From: Eledone cirrhosa
Lineage: Eukaryota
Length of the DNA: 64,000 nucleotides
Assembly (NCBI GenBank): GCA_964016885.1
Contig: CAXHJY010000973.1
Coordinates: 558,001-622,000 of the forward strand
Direction of reading: 5' to 3'
This document shows positions 13,530 to 27,900 of the stretch, one piece after another. The translations under genes and the position numbers were made by a program. Below the pieces are notes generated by a model, which saw only the letters and a program-made list of their open reading frames with translations, ran no database searches and was not told the origin of the DNA. Numbering within the stretch: the stretch's first letter is position 1; every line of letters begins with the position of its first letter.

Positions 13530-16500
13530 ATTAACTACTCTCTACTCCAGTGTAACTATATTAACTACTCTCTACTCCAGTGTAACTATATTAACTACTC
13601 TGTACTCCAGTGTAACTATATTAACTACTCTCTACACCAGTGTAACTATATTAACTACTCTGTACTCCAGTGTAACTATATTAACTACTCTCTACTCCAG
13701 TGTAACTATATTAACTACTCTATACTCCAGTGTAACGATATTAACTACTCTTTACTCCAGTGTAACTATATTAACTACTCTGTACTCCAGTGTAACCATA
13801 TTAACTACTCTGTACTTCAGTGTAACTATATTAACTACTCTCTACTCCAGTGTAACTATATAAACTACTCTCTACTCCAGTGTAATTATATTAACTACTC
13901 TGTACCCCAGTGTAACTATATTAACTACTCTGTACTCCAGTGTAACTATATTAACTACTCTGTACCCCAGTGTAACTATATTAACTACTCTGTACTCCAG
14001 TGTAACTATATTAACTACTCTCTACTCCAGTGTAACTATATTAACTACTCTGTACTCCAGTGTAACTATATTAACTACTCTCTACACCAGTGTAACTATA
14101 TTAACTACTCTGTACTCCAGTGTAACCATATTAACTACTCTGTACTTCAGTGTAACTATATTAACTACTCTCTACTCCATTGTAACTATATTAACTACTC
14201 TCAACTCCAGTGAAACAATATTAACTACGCTGTAGTCCAGTGTAACCATATTAACTACTCTGTACTTCAGTGTAACCCTATTATTAACTAATCTCTACTC
14301 CAGTGTAACCATATTAACTACTCTGTACTTCAGTGTAACTCTATTATTAACTACTCTGTACTCCAGTGTAACTATATTAACTACTCTCTACTCCAGTGTA
14401 ACTATATTAACTACTCTGTACTCCAGTGTAACTATATTAACTACTCTGTAATCCAGTGTAACTATATTAACTACTCTCTACTCCAGTGTAACTATATTAA
14501 CTACTCTGTACCCCAGTGTAACTATATTAACTACTCTCTACTCCAGTGTAACCATAGTAACTACTCTCTACTCCAGTGTAACTATATTAACTACTCTATA
14601 CTCCAGTGTAACTATATTAAATATTCTTTACTCCAGTGTAACCATATTAACTACTCTGTACTCCAGTGTAACCATATTAACTACTCTATACTTCAGTGTA
14701 ACTATATTAACTACTCTCTACTCCAGTGTAACTATATTATTAACTACTCTGTACTCCAGTGTAACTATATTACCTACTCTATACTCCAATGTAACTATAT
14801 TAACTATTCTTTACTCCAGTGTAACTATATTAACTACTCTGTACTCCAGTGTAACCATATTAACTACTCTGTACTTCAGTGTAACTATATTAACTACTCT
14901 CTACTCCAGTGTAACTATATAAACTACTCTCTACTCCAGTGTAATTATATTAACTACTCTGTACCCCAGTGTAACTATATTAACTACTCTGTACTCCAGT
15001 GTAACTATATTAACTACTCTCTACTCCAGTGTAACTATATTAACTACTCTCTACTCCAGTTTAACTATATTAACTACTCTCTACTCCAGTGTAACTATAT
15101 TAACTACTCTCTACTCCAGTGTAACTATATTAACTACTCTCTACTCCAGTGTAAATATATTAACTACTCTGTACTCCAGTGTAACTATATTAACTACTCT
15201 CTACACCAGTGTAACTATATTAACTACTCTGTACTCCCGTGTAACTATATTAACTACTCTCTACTCCAGTGTAACTATATTAACTACTCTATACTCCAGT
15301 GTAACGATATTAACTATTCTTTACTCCAGTGTAATTATATTAACTATTCTTTACTCCAGTGTAACTATATTAACTACTCTCTACCCCAGTGTAACCATAT
15401 TAACTACTCTGTACTTCAGTGTAACTATATTAACTACTCTCTACTCCATTGTAACTATATTAACTACTCTCAACTCCAGTGTAACTATATTAACTACTCT
15501 GTACCCCAGTGTAACTATATCAACTACTCTGTACTCCAGTGTAACTATATTAACTACTCTGTACTCCAGTGAAACAATATTAACTAATCTGTACTCCAGT
15601 GTAACCATAGTAACTACTCTCTACTCCAGTGTAACCATATTAACTACGCTGCACTCCAGTGTAACCATATTAACTACGCTGTACTCCAGTCTAACCATAT
15701 TAACTACGCTGTACTCCAGTGTAACTGTATTAACTACTCTGTATCCCAGTGTAACTATATTAACTACTCTGTACTTCAGTGTAACTATATTAACTACTCT
15801 CTACTCCATTGTAACTATATTAACTACTCTCAACTCCAGTGTAACTATATTAACTACTCTGTACCCCAGTGTAACTATATTAACTACTCTGTACCCCAGT
15901 GTAACTATATTAACTACTCTATACTCGAGTGAAACAATATTAACTACGCTGTAGTCCAGTGTAACCATATTAACTACTCTGTACTTCAGTGTAACCCTAT
16001 TATTAACTACTCTCTACTCCAGTGTAACCATATTAACTACTCTGTACTTCAGTGTAACTCTATTATTAACTACTCTGTACTCCAGTGTAACTATATTAAC
16101 TACTCTCTACTCCAGTGTAACTATATTAACTACTCTGTACTCCAGTGTAACTATATTAACTACTCTGTAATCCAGTGTAACTATATTAACTACTCTCTAC
16201 TCCAGTGTAACTATATTAACTACTCTGTACCCCAGTGTAACTATATTAACTACTCTCTACTCCAGTGTAACCATAGTAACTACTCTCTACTCCAGTGTAA
16301 CTATATTAACTACTCTATACTCCAGTGTAACTATATTAAATATTCTTTACTCCAGTGTAACCATATTAACTACTCTGTACTCCAGTGTAACCATATTAAC
16401 TACTCTATACTTCAGTGTAACTATATTAACTACTCTCTACTCCAGTGTAACTATATTATTAACTACTCTGTACTCCAGTGTAACTATATTAACTACTCTG

Positions 16501-19500
16501 TACTCCAGTGTAACCATATTAACTACTCTGTACTTCAGTGTAACTATATTAACTACTCTCTACTCCAGTGTAACTATATAAACTACTCTCTACTCCAGTG
16601 TAATTATATTAACTACTCTGTACCCCAGTGTAACTATATTAACTACTCTCTACTCCAGTGTAACTATATTACCTACTCTATACTCCAATGTAACTATATT
16701 AACTATTCTTTACTCCAGTGTAACTATATTAACTACTCTGTACTCCAGTGTAACCATATTACCTACTCTATACTCCAATGTAACTATATTAACTATTCTT
16801 TACTCCAGTGTAACTATATTAACTATTCTGTACTTCAGTGTAACTATATTAACTACTCTCTACTCCAGTGTAACTATATAAACTACTCTCTACTCCAGTG
16901 TAATTATATTAACTACTCTGTACCCCAGTGTAACTATATTAACTACTCTGTACTCCAGTGTAACTATATTAACTACTCTCTACTCCAGTGTAACTATATT
17001 AACTACTCTGTACTCCAGTGTAACTATATTAACTAGTCTCTACTCCAGTGAAACTATATTAACTACTCTGTAATCCAGTGTAACTATAGTAACTACTCTG
17101 TACCCCAGTGTAACCATATTAACTACTCTGTACTCCAGTGTAACTATATTAACTACTCTGTACTCCAGTGTAACTATAATAACTACTCTGTACTCCAGTG
17201 TAACTATATTAACTACTCTCTACTCCAGTGTAACCATATTAACTACTCTGTACTCCAGTGTCACCATATTAACTACTCTATACTTCAGTGTAACTATATT
17301 AACTACTCTATACTCCAGTGAAACAATATTAACTACTCTGTACCCCAGTGTAACTATATTAACTACTCTGTACTCCAGTGTAACTATATTAACTACTCTC
17401 TACTCCAGTGTAACTATATTAACTACTCTGTACTCCAGTGTAACTATATTAACTACTCTCTACTCCAGTGAAACTATATTAACTACTCTATACTCCAGTG
17501 TAACGATATTAACTATTCTTTACTCCAGTGTAACTATATTAACTATTCTTTACTCCAGTTTAACTATATTAACTACTCTGTACTCCAGTGTAACTATATT
17601 AACTACTCTGTACTCCAGTGTAACCATATTAACTACTCTGTACGCCAGTGTAACCATATTAACTACTCTGTACTTCAGTGTAACTATATTAACTACTCTC
17701 TACTCCATTGTAACTATATTAACTACTCTCAACTCCAGTGTAACTATATTAACTACTCTGTACCACAGTGTATCTATATTAACTACTCTGTACTCCAGTG
17801 TAACTATATTAACTACTCTATACTCCAGTGAAACAATATTAACTACTATGTACACCAGTGTAACCATATCATTAACTACTCTGTACTCCAGTGTAACTAT
17901 ATTAACTACTCTGTACTCCAGTGAAACAATATTAACTAATCTGTACTCCAGTGTAACCATAGTAACTACTCTCTACTCCAGTGTAACCATATTAACTACG
18001 CTGTACTCCAGTGTAACCATATTAACTACGCTGTACTCCAGTGTAACCATATTAACTACGCTGTACTCCAGTGTAACTATATTAAATACTCTGTATCCCA
18101 GTGTAACTATATTAACTACTCTGTACCCCAGTGTAACTATATTAACTACTCTGTACCCCAGTGTAACTATATTAACTACTCTATACTCCAGTGAAACAAT
18201 ATTAACTACGCTGTAGTCCAGTGTAACCATATTAACTACTCTGTACTTCAGTGTAACCCTATTATTAACTACTCTCTACTCCAGTGTAATCATATTAACT
18301 ACTCTGTACTTCAGTGTAACTCTATTATTAACTACTCTGTACTCCAGTGTAACTATATTAACTACTCTCTACTCCAGTGTAACTATATTAACTACTCTCT
18401 ACTCCAGTGTAACTATATTAGCTACTCTCTACTCCTGTGTAACTATATTACCTATTCTCTACTTCAGTGTAACTATATTAACTATTCTGTACGCCAGTGT
18501 AACTATATTAAGTACTCTCTACTCCAGTGTAACTATATTAACTACTCTGTACTCCAGTGTAACTATATTAACTACTCTGTAATCCAGTGTAACTATATTA
18601 ACTACTCTCTACTCCAGTGTAACTATATTAACTACTCTGTACCCCAGTGTAACTATATTAACTACTCTCTACTCCAGTGTAACCATAGTAACTACTCTCT
18701 ACTCCAGTGTAACTATATTAACTACTCTATACTCCAGTGTAACTATATTAAATATTCTTTACTCCAGTGTAACCATATTAACTACTCTGTACTCCAGTGT
18801 AACCATATTAACTACTCTATACTTCAGTGTAACTATATTAACTACTCTCTACTCCAGTGTAACTATATTATTAACTACTCTGTACTCCAGTGTAACTATA
18901 TTACCTACTCTATACTCCAATGTAACTATATTAACTATTCTTTACTGCAGTGTAACTATATTAACTACTCTGTACTCCAGTGTAACCATATTAACTACTC
19001 TGTACTTCAGTCTAACTATATTAACTACTCTCTACTCCAGTGTATCTATATAAACTACTCTCTACTCCAGTGTAATTATATTAACTACTCTGTACCCCAG
19101 TGTAACTATATTAACTACTCTGTACTCCAGTGTAACTATATTAACTACTCTCTACTCCAGTGTAACTATATTAACTAGTCTCTACTCCAGTGAAACGATA
19201 TTAACTACTCTGTAATCCAGTGTAACTATAGTAACTACTCTGTACCCCAGTGTAACCATATTAACTACTCTGTACTCCAGTGTAACTATATTAACTACTC
19301 TGTACTCCAGTGTAACTATATTAACTACTCTCTACTCCAGTGTAACTATATTAACTACTCTGTACTCAAGTGTAACTATATTAACTACTCTCTACTCCAG
19401 TGTAACCATATTAACTACTCTGTACTCCAGTGTAACTATATTAACTACTCTGTACTCCAGTGTAACTATATTAACTACTCTGTACTCAAGTGTAACTATA

Positions 19501-22500
19501 TTAACTACTCTCTACTCCAGTGTAACCATATTAACTACTCTGTACCCCAGTGTAACCATATTAACTACTCTGTACTCCAGTGTAACTATATTAACTACTC
19601 TGTACTCCAGTGTAACTATATTAACTACTCTGTACTCAAGTGTAACTATATTAACTACTCTCTACTCCAGTGTAACCATATTAACTACTCTGTACCCCAG
19701 TGTAACCATATTAACTACTCTGTACTCCAGTGTAACTATATTAACTACTCTATACTTCAGTGTAACTATATTAACTACTCTATACTCCAGTGAAACAATA
19801 TTAACTACTCTGTACCCCAGTGCAACTATATTAACTACTCTTTACTCCAGTGTAACTATATTAACTACTCTTTACTCCAGTGTAACTATATTAACTACTC
19901 TGTACCCCAGTGTATCTATATTAACTACTCTGTACTCCAGTGTAACTATATTAACTACTCTCTACTCCAGTGTAACTATATTAACTACTCTGTACTCCAG
20001 TGTAACTATATTAACTACTCTCTACTCCAGTGAAACTATATTAACTACTCTGTAATCCAGTGTAACTATAGTAACTACTCTGTACCCCAGGGTAACCACT
20101 TTAACTACTCTGTAATCCAGTGTAACTATAGTAACTACTCTGTACGCCAGTGTAACCATATTAACTACTCTGTACTCCAGTGTCACCATATTAACTACTC
20201 TATACTTCAGTGTAACTATATTAACTACTCTCTACTCCAGTTTAACTATATTAACTACTCTCTACTCCAGTGTAACTATATTAACTACTCTCTACTCCAG
20301 TGTAACTATATTAACTACTCTCTACTCCAGTGTAAATATATTAACTACTCTGTACTCCAGTGTAACTATATTAACTACTCTCTACACCAGTGTAACTATA
20401 TTAACTACTCTGTACTCCAGTGTAACTATATTAACTACTCTCTACTCCAGTGTAACTATATTAACTACTCTATACTCCAGTGTAACGATATTAACTATTC
20501 TTTACTCCAGTGTAACTATATTAACTACTCTGTACTCCAGTGTAACCATATTAACTACTCTGTACTTCAGTGTAACTATATTAACTACTCTCTACTCCAT
20601 TGTAACTATATTAACTACTCTCAACTCCAGTGTAACTATATTAACTACTCTGTACCCCAGTGTAACTATATCAACTACTCTGTACTCCAGTGTAACTATA
20701 TTAACTACTCTGTACTCCAGTGAAACAATATTAACTAATCTGTACTCCAGTGTAACCATAGTAACTACTCTCTACTCCAGTGTAACCATATTAACTACGC
20801 TGCACTCCAGTGTAACCATATTAACTACGCTGTACTCCAGTCTAACCATATTAACTACGCTGTACTCCAGTGTAACTGTATTAACTACTCTGTATCCCAG
20901 TGTAACTATATTAACTACTCTGTACCCCAGTGTAACTATATTAACTACTCTATACTCCAGTGAAACAATATTAACTACGCTGTAGTCCAGTGTAACCATA
21001 TTAACTACTCTGTACTTCAGTGTAACCCTATTATTAACTACTCTCTACTCCAGTGTAACCATATTAACTACTCTGTACTTCAGTGTAACTCTATTATTAA
21101 CTACTCTGTACTCCAGTGTAACTATATTAACTACTCTCTACTCCAGTGTAACTATATTAACTACTCTTTACTCCAGTGTAACTATATTAACTACTCTGTA
21201 CCCCAGTGTAACTATATTAACTACTCTGTACTCCAGTGTAACTATATTAACTACTCTGTACTCCAGTGTAACTATATTAACTACTCTCTACTCCAGTGTA
21301 ACTATATTAACTACTCTCTACTCCAGTGTAACTATATTAACTACTCTGTAATCCAGTGTAACTATATTAACTACTCTCTACTCCAGTGTAACTATATTAA
21401 CTACTCTCTACTCCAGTGTAACTATAGTAACTACTCTGTACCCCAGTGTAACTATATTAACTACTCTCTACTCCAGTGTAACCATAGTAACTACTCTCTA
21501 CTCCAGTGTAACTATATTAACTACTCTATACTCCAGTGTAACTATATTAAATATTCTTTACTCCAGTGTAACCATATTAACTACTCTGTACTCCAGTGTA
21601 ACCATATTAACTACTCTATACTTCAGTGTAACTATATTAACTACTCTCTACTCCAGTTTAACTATATTATTAACTACTCTGTACTCCAGTGTAACTATAT
21701 TACCTACTCTATACTCCAATGTAACTATATTAACTATTCTTTACTCCAGTGTAACTATATTAACTACTCTGTACTCCAGTGTAACCATATTAACTACTCT
21801 GTACTTCAGTGTAACTATATTAACTACTCTGTACCCCAGTGTAACCATATTAACTACTCTGTACTCCAGTGTAACCATATTAACTACTCTGTACTCCAGT
21901 GTCACCATATTAACTACTCTATACTTCAGTGTAACTATATTAACTACTCTATACTCCAGTGAAACAATATTAACTACTCTGTACCTCAGTGTAACTATAT
22001 TAACTACTCTCTACTCCAGTGTAACTATATTAACTACTCTTTACTCCAGTGTAACTATATTAACTACTCTGTACTCCAGTGTAACTATATTAACTACTCT
22101 GTACTCCAGTGTAACTATATTAACTACTCTGTACTCCAGTGTAACTATATTAACTACTCTTTACTCCAGTGTAACTATAGTAACTACTCTGTACCCCAGG
22201 GTAACCACTTTAACTACTCTGTAATCCAGTGTAACTATATTAACTACTCTGTACTCCAGTGTAACCATATTAACTACTCTGTACTCCAGTGTCACCATAT
22301 TAACTACTCTATACTCTAGTGTAACTATTAACTACTCTCTACTCCAGTGTAACTATATTAAGTACTCTGTACTTCAGTGTAACTATATTAACTACTCTCT
22401 ACTCCAGTTTAACTATATTAACTACTCTCTACTCCAGTGTAACTATATTAACTACTCTCTACTCCAGTGTAACTATATTAACTACTCTTTACTCCAGTGT

Positions 22501-24490
22501 AACTATATTAACTACTCTGTACTCCAGTGTAACTATATTAACTACTCTCTACACCAGTGTAACTATATTAACTACTCTGTACTCCAGTGTAACTATATTA
22601 ACTACTCTATACTCCAGTGTAACGATATTAACTATTCTTTACTCCAGTGTAACTATATTAACTATTCTTTATTCCAGTGTAACTATATTAACTACTCTGT
22701 ACTCCAGTGTAACCATATTAACTACTCTGTACTCCAGTGTAACCATATTAACTACTCTGTACTCCAGTGTAACTATATTAACTACTCTCTACTCCATTGT
22801 AACTATATTAACTACTCTCAACTCCAGTGTAACTATATTAACTACTCTGTACCCCAGTGTAACTATATTAACTACTCTGTACTCCAGTGTAACTATATTA
22901 ACTACTCTATACTCCAGTGAAACAATATTAACTACTATGTACACCAGTGTAACCATATTATTAACTACTCTGTACTCCAGTGTAACTATATTAACTACTC
23001 TGTACTCCAGTGAAACAATATTAACTAATCTGTACTCCAGTGTAACCATAGTAACTACTCTCTACTCCAGTGTAACCATATTAACTACGCTGTACTCCAG
23101 TGTAAACATATTAACTACGCTGTACTCCAGTGTAACCATATTAACTACGCTGTACTCCAGTGTAACTATATTAACTACTCTGTATCCCAGTGTAACTATA
23201 TTAACTACTCTGTACCACAGTGTAACTATATTAACTACTCTATACTCCAGTGAAACAATATTAACTACGCTGTAGTCCAGTGTAACCATATTAACTACTC
23301 TGTACTTCCGTGTAACCCTATTATTAACTACTCTCTACTCCAGTGTAACCATATTAACTACTCTGTACTTCAGTGTAACTCTATTATTAACTACTCTGTA
23401 CTCCAGTGTAACTATATTAACTACTCTCTACTCCAGTGTAACTATATTAACTACTCTCTACTCCAGTGTAACTATATTAACTACTCTCTACTCCAGTGTA
23501 ACTATTTTACCTACTCTCTACTCCAGTGTAACTATATTACCTATTCTCTACTCCAGTGTATCTATATTAACTACTCTGTACTCCAGTGTAACTATATTAA
23601 CTATTCTGTACGCCAGTGTAACTATATTAACTACTCTCTACTCCAGTGTAACTATATTAACTACTCTATACTCCAGTGTAACTATATTAAATATTCTTTA
23701 CTCCAGTGTAACCATATTAACTACTCTGTACTCCAGTGTAACCATATTAACTACTCTATACTTCAGTGTAACTATATTAACTACTCTCTACTCCAGTGTA
23801 ACTATATTATTAACTACTCTGTACTCCAGTGTAACTATATTACCTACTCTATACTCCAATGTAACTATATTAACTATTCTTTACTCCAGTGTAACTATAT
23901 TAACTACTCTGTACTCCAGTGTAACCATATTAACTACTCTGTACTTCAGTGTAACTATATTAACTACTCCCTACTCCAGTGTAACTATATAAACTACTCT
24001 CTACTCCAGTGTAATTATATTAACTACTCTGTACCCCAGTGTAACTATATTAAATACTCTGTACTCCAGTGTAACTATATTAACTACTCTATACTCCAGT
24101 GAAACAATATTAACTACCCTGTACCCCAGTGTAACTATATTAACTAGTCTCTACTCCAGTGAAACTATATTAACTACTCTGTAATCCAGTGTAACTATAG
24201 TAACTACTCTGTACCCCAGTGTAACCATATTAACTACTCTGTACTCCAGTGTAAATATATTAACTACTCTCTACTCCAGTGTAACCATAGTAACTACTCT
24301 CTACTCCAGTGTAACTATATTAACTACTCTCTACTCCAGTGTAACTATATTAACTACTCTTTACTCCAGTGTGACTATATTAACTACTCTGTACCCCAGT
24401 GTAACTATATTAACTACGCTGTACTCCAGTGTAACTATATTAACTACTCTCTACCCCAGTGTAACTATATTAACTACTCTCTACTCCAGT
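13530..24490. repeat. Higher-order block, copy 2 of the ~13.5-14.0-kb-offset duplication
   Basis: Shares rare markers in the same order as copy 1: CATATCATT, ATTAGCTA..CCTGTG, CTGCAG, GTGCAAC, CCAGGGTAACCACTTT, the TCTAGTGTAACTATTAAC 28-mer and CTTCCGTG. Confidence 0.93.
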
Positions 24491-24994
24491 GTAACCATAT
24501 TAACTACTCTGTACCCCAGTGTAACTATATTAACTACTCTATACTGCAGTGAAACAATATTAACTACTATGTACACCAGTGTAACCATATTATTAACTAC
24601 TCTGTACTCCAGTGTAACTATATTAACTACTCTGTACTCCAGTGAAACAATATTAACTAATCTGTACTCCAGTGTAACCATAGTAACTACTCTCTACTCC
24701 AGTGTAACCATATTAACTACGCTGTACTCCAGTGTAACCATATTAACTACGCTGTACTCCAGTGTAACCATATTAACTACGCTGTACTCCAGTGTAACTA
24801 TATTAACTATTCTGTACTCCAGTGTAACTATATTAACTACTCTCTACTCCAGTGTAACTATATTAACTACTCTGTACTCCAGTCTAACTATATTAACTAC
24901 TCTGTAATCCAGTGTAACTATAGTAACTACTCTGTACCCCAGTGTAACCATATTAACTACTCTGTACTCCAGTGTAACTATATTAACTATTCTG

Positions 24995-27900
24995 TACTCC
25001 CGTGTAACTATATTAACTACTCTCTACTCCAGTGTAACTATATTAACTACTCTGTACCCCAGTGTAACTATATTAACTACTCTCTACTCCAGTGTAACCA
25101 TAGTAACTACTCTCTACTCCAGTGTAACTATATTAACTACTCTCTACTCCAGTGTAACTATATTACCTACTCTCTACTCCAGTGTAACTATATTACCTAT
25201 TCTCTACTCCAGTGTAACTATATTAACTATTCTGTACTCCCGTGTAACTATATTAACTACTCTCTACTCCAGTGTAACTATATTAACTACTCTGTACCCC
25301 AGTGTAACTATATTAACTACTCTCTACTCCAGTGTAACCATAGTAACTACTCTCTACTCCAGTGTAACCATATTAACTACGCTGTACTCCAGTGTAACTA
25401 TATGAACTACTCTGTACTCCAGTGTAACTATATTAACTACTCTGTACTCCAGTGTAACTATATTAACTATTCTGTACGCCAGTGTAACTATATTAACTAC
25501 TCTCTACTCCAGCGTAACTATATTAACTACTCTGTACTCCAGTGTAACTATATTAACTACTCTGTAATCCAGTGTAACTATAGTAAGTACTCTGTACCCC
25601 AGTGTAACCATATTAACTACTCTGTACTCCAGTGTAACTATATTAACTATTCTGTACTCCAGTGTAACTATATTAACTACTCTGTACTCCAGTGTAACTA
25701 TATTAACTACTCTCTACTCCAGTGTCACTATATTAACTACTCTGTACCCCAGTGTAACTATATTAACTACTCTCTACTCCAGTGTAACCATAGTAACTAC
25801 TCTCTACTCCAGTGTAACTATATTAACTACTCTCTACTCCAGTGTAACCATATTAAATACTCTCTACTCCAGTGTAACTATATAAACTACTCTCTACTCC
25901 AGTGTAATTATAGTAACTACTCTGTACCCCAGTGTAACTATATTAAATACTCTGTACTCCAGTGTAACTATATTAACTACTCTATACTCCAGTGAAACAA
26001 TATTAACTACTCTGTACCCCAGTGTAACTATATTACCTACTCTATACTCCAGTGTAACTATATTAACTACTCTTTACTCCAATGTAACTATATTAACTAC
26101 TCTGTACCCCAGTGTAACTATATTAACTACTCTGTACTCCAGTGTAACTATATTAACTACTCTCTACTCCAGTGTAACTATATTAACTACTCTGTACTCC
26201 ACTGAAACTATATTAACTACTCTGTAATCCAGTGTAACTATAGTAACTACTCTGTACCCCAGTGTAACCATATTAACTACTCTGTACTCCAGTGTAACTA
26301 TATTAACTACTCTGTACTCCAGTGTAACTATATTAACTACTCTCTACTCCAGTGTAACCATATTAACTACTCTGTACTCCAGTGTCACCATATTAACTAC
26401 TCTATACTTCAGTGTAATTATATTAACTACTCTCTACTCCAGTGTAACTATATTATTAACTACTCTGTACTCCAGTGTAACTATATTACCTACTCTATAC
26501 TCCAGTGTAACTATATTAACTACTCTCTACTCCAGTGTAACTATATTAACTACTCTCTACTCCAGTGGAACTATATTAACTACTCTCTACTCCAGTGTAA
26601 CTATATTAACTACTCTGTGCTCCAGTGTAACTATATTAACTACTCTGTACTCCAGTGTAACTATATTAACTACTCTCTACTCCAGTGTAACTATATTAAC
26701 TACTCTATATTCCAGTGTAACTATATTAACTATTCTTTACTCCAGTGTAACTATATTAACTATTCTTTACTCCAGTGTAACTATATTAACCATTCTTTAC
26801 TCCAGTGTAACTATATTAACTACTATGTACACCAGTGTAACCATATTATTAACTACTCTGTACTCCAGTGTAACTATATTAACTACTCTGTAATCCAGTG
26901 TAATTATAGTAAGTACTCTGTACCCCAGTGTAACCATATTAACTACTCTGTACTCCAGTGTAACTATATTAACTATTCTGTACTCCAGTGTAACTATATT
27001 AACTACTCTCTACTCCAGTGTAACTATATTAACTACTCTCTACTCCAGTGTAACTATATTAACTACTCTGTACCCCAGTGTAACTATATTAACTACTCTC
27101 TACTCCAGTGTAACCATAATAACTACTCTCTACTCCAGTGTAACTATATTAACTACTCTATAGTCCAGTGTAACTATATTAACTATTTTTACTCCAGTGT
27201 AACCATATTAACTACTCTATACTTCAGTGTACCTATATTAACTACTCTCTACTCCAGAGTAACTATATTATTAACTACTCTGTACTCCAGTGTAACTATA
27301 TTACCTACTCTATACTCCAGTGTAACTATATTAACTACTCTATAGTCCAGTGTAACTATATTAACTATTCTTTACTCCAGTGTAACTCTATTAACTACTC
27401 TGTACTCCAGTGTAACCATATTAAATACTCTGTACTCCAGTGTAACTATATTAACTACTCTCTACTCCAGTGTAACTATATAAACTACTCTCTACTCCCG
27501 TGTAACTATATTAACTACTCTCTACTCCAGTGTAACTATATTAACTACTCTGTACCCCAGTGTAACTATATTAACTACTCTCTACTCCAGTGTAACCATA
27601 GTAACTACTCTCTACTCCAGTGTAACTATATTAACTACTCTCTACTCCAGTGTAACTATATTACCTACTCTCTACTCCAGTGTAACTATATTAACTATTC
27701 TCTACTCCAGTGTAACTATATTAACTATTCTGTACTCCCGTGTAACTATATTAACTACTCTCTACTCCAGTGTAACTATATTAACTACTCTGTACCCCAG
27801 TGTAACTATATTAACTACTCTCTACTCCAGTGTAACCATAGTAACTACTCTCTACTCCAGTGTAACCATATTAACTACGCTGTACTCCAGTGTAACTATA

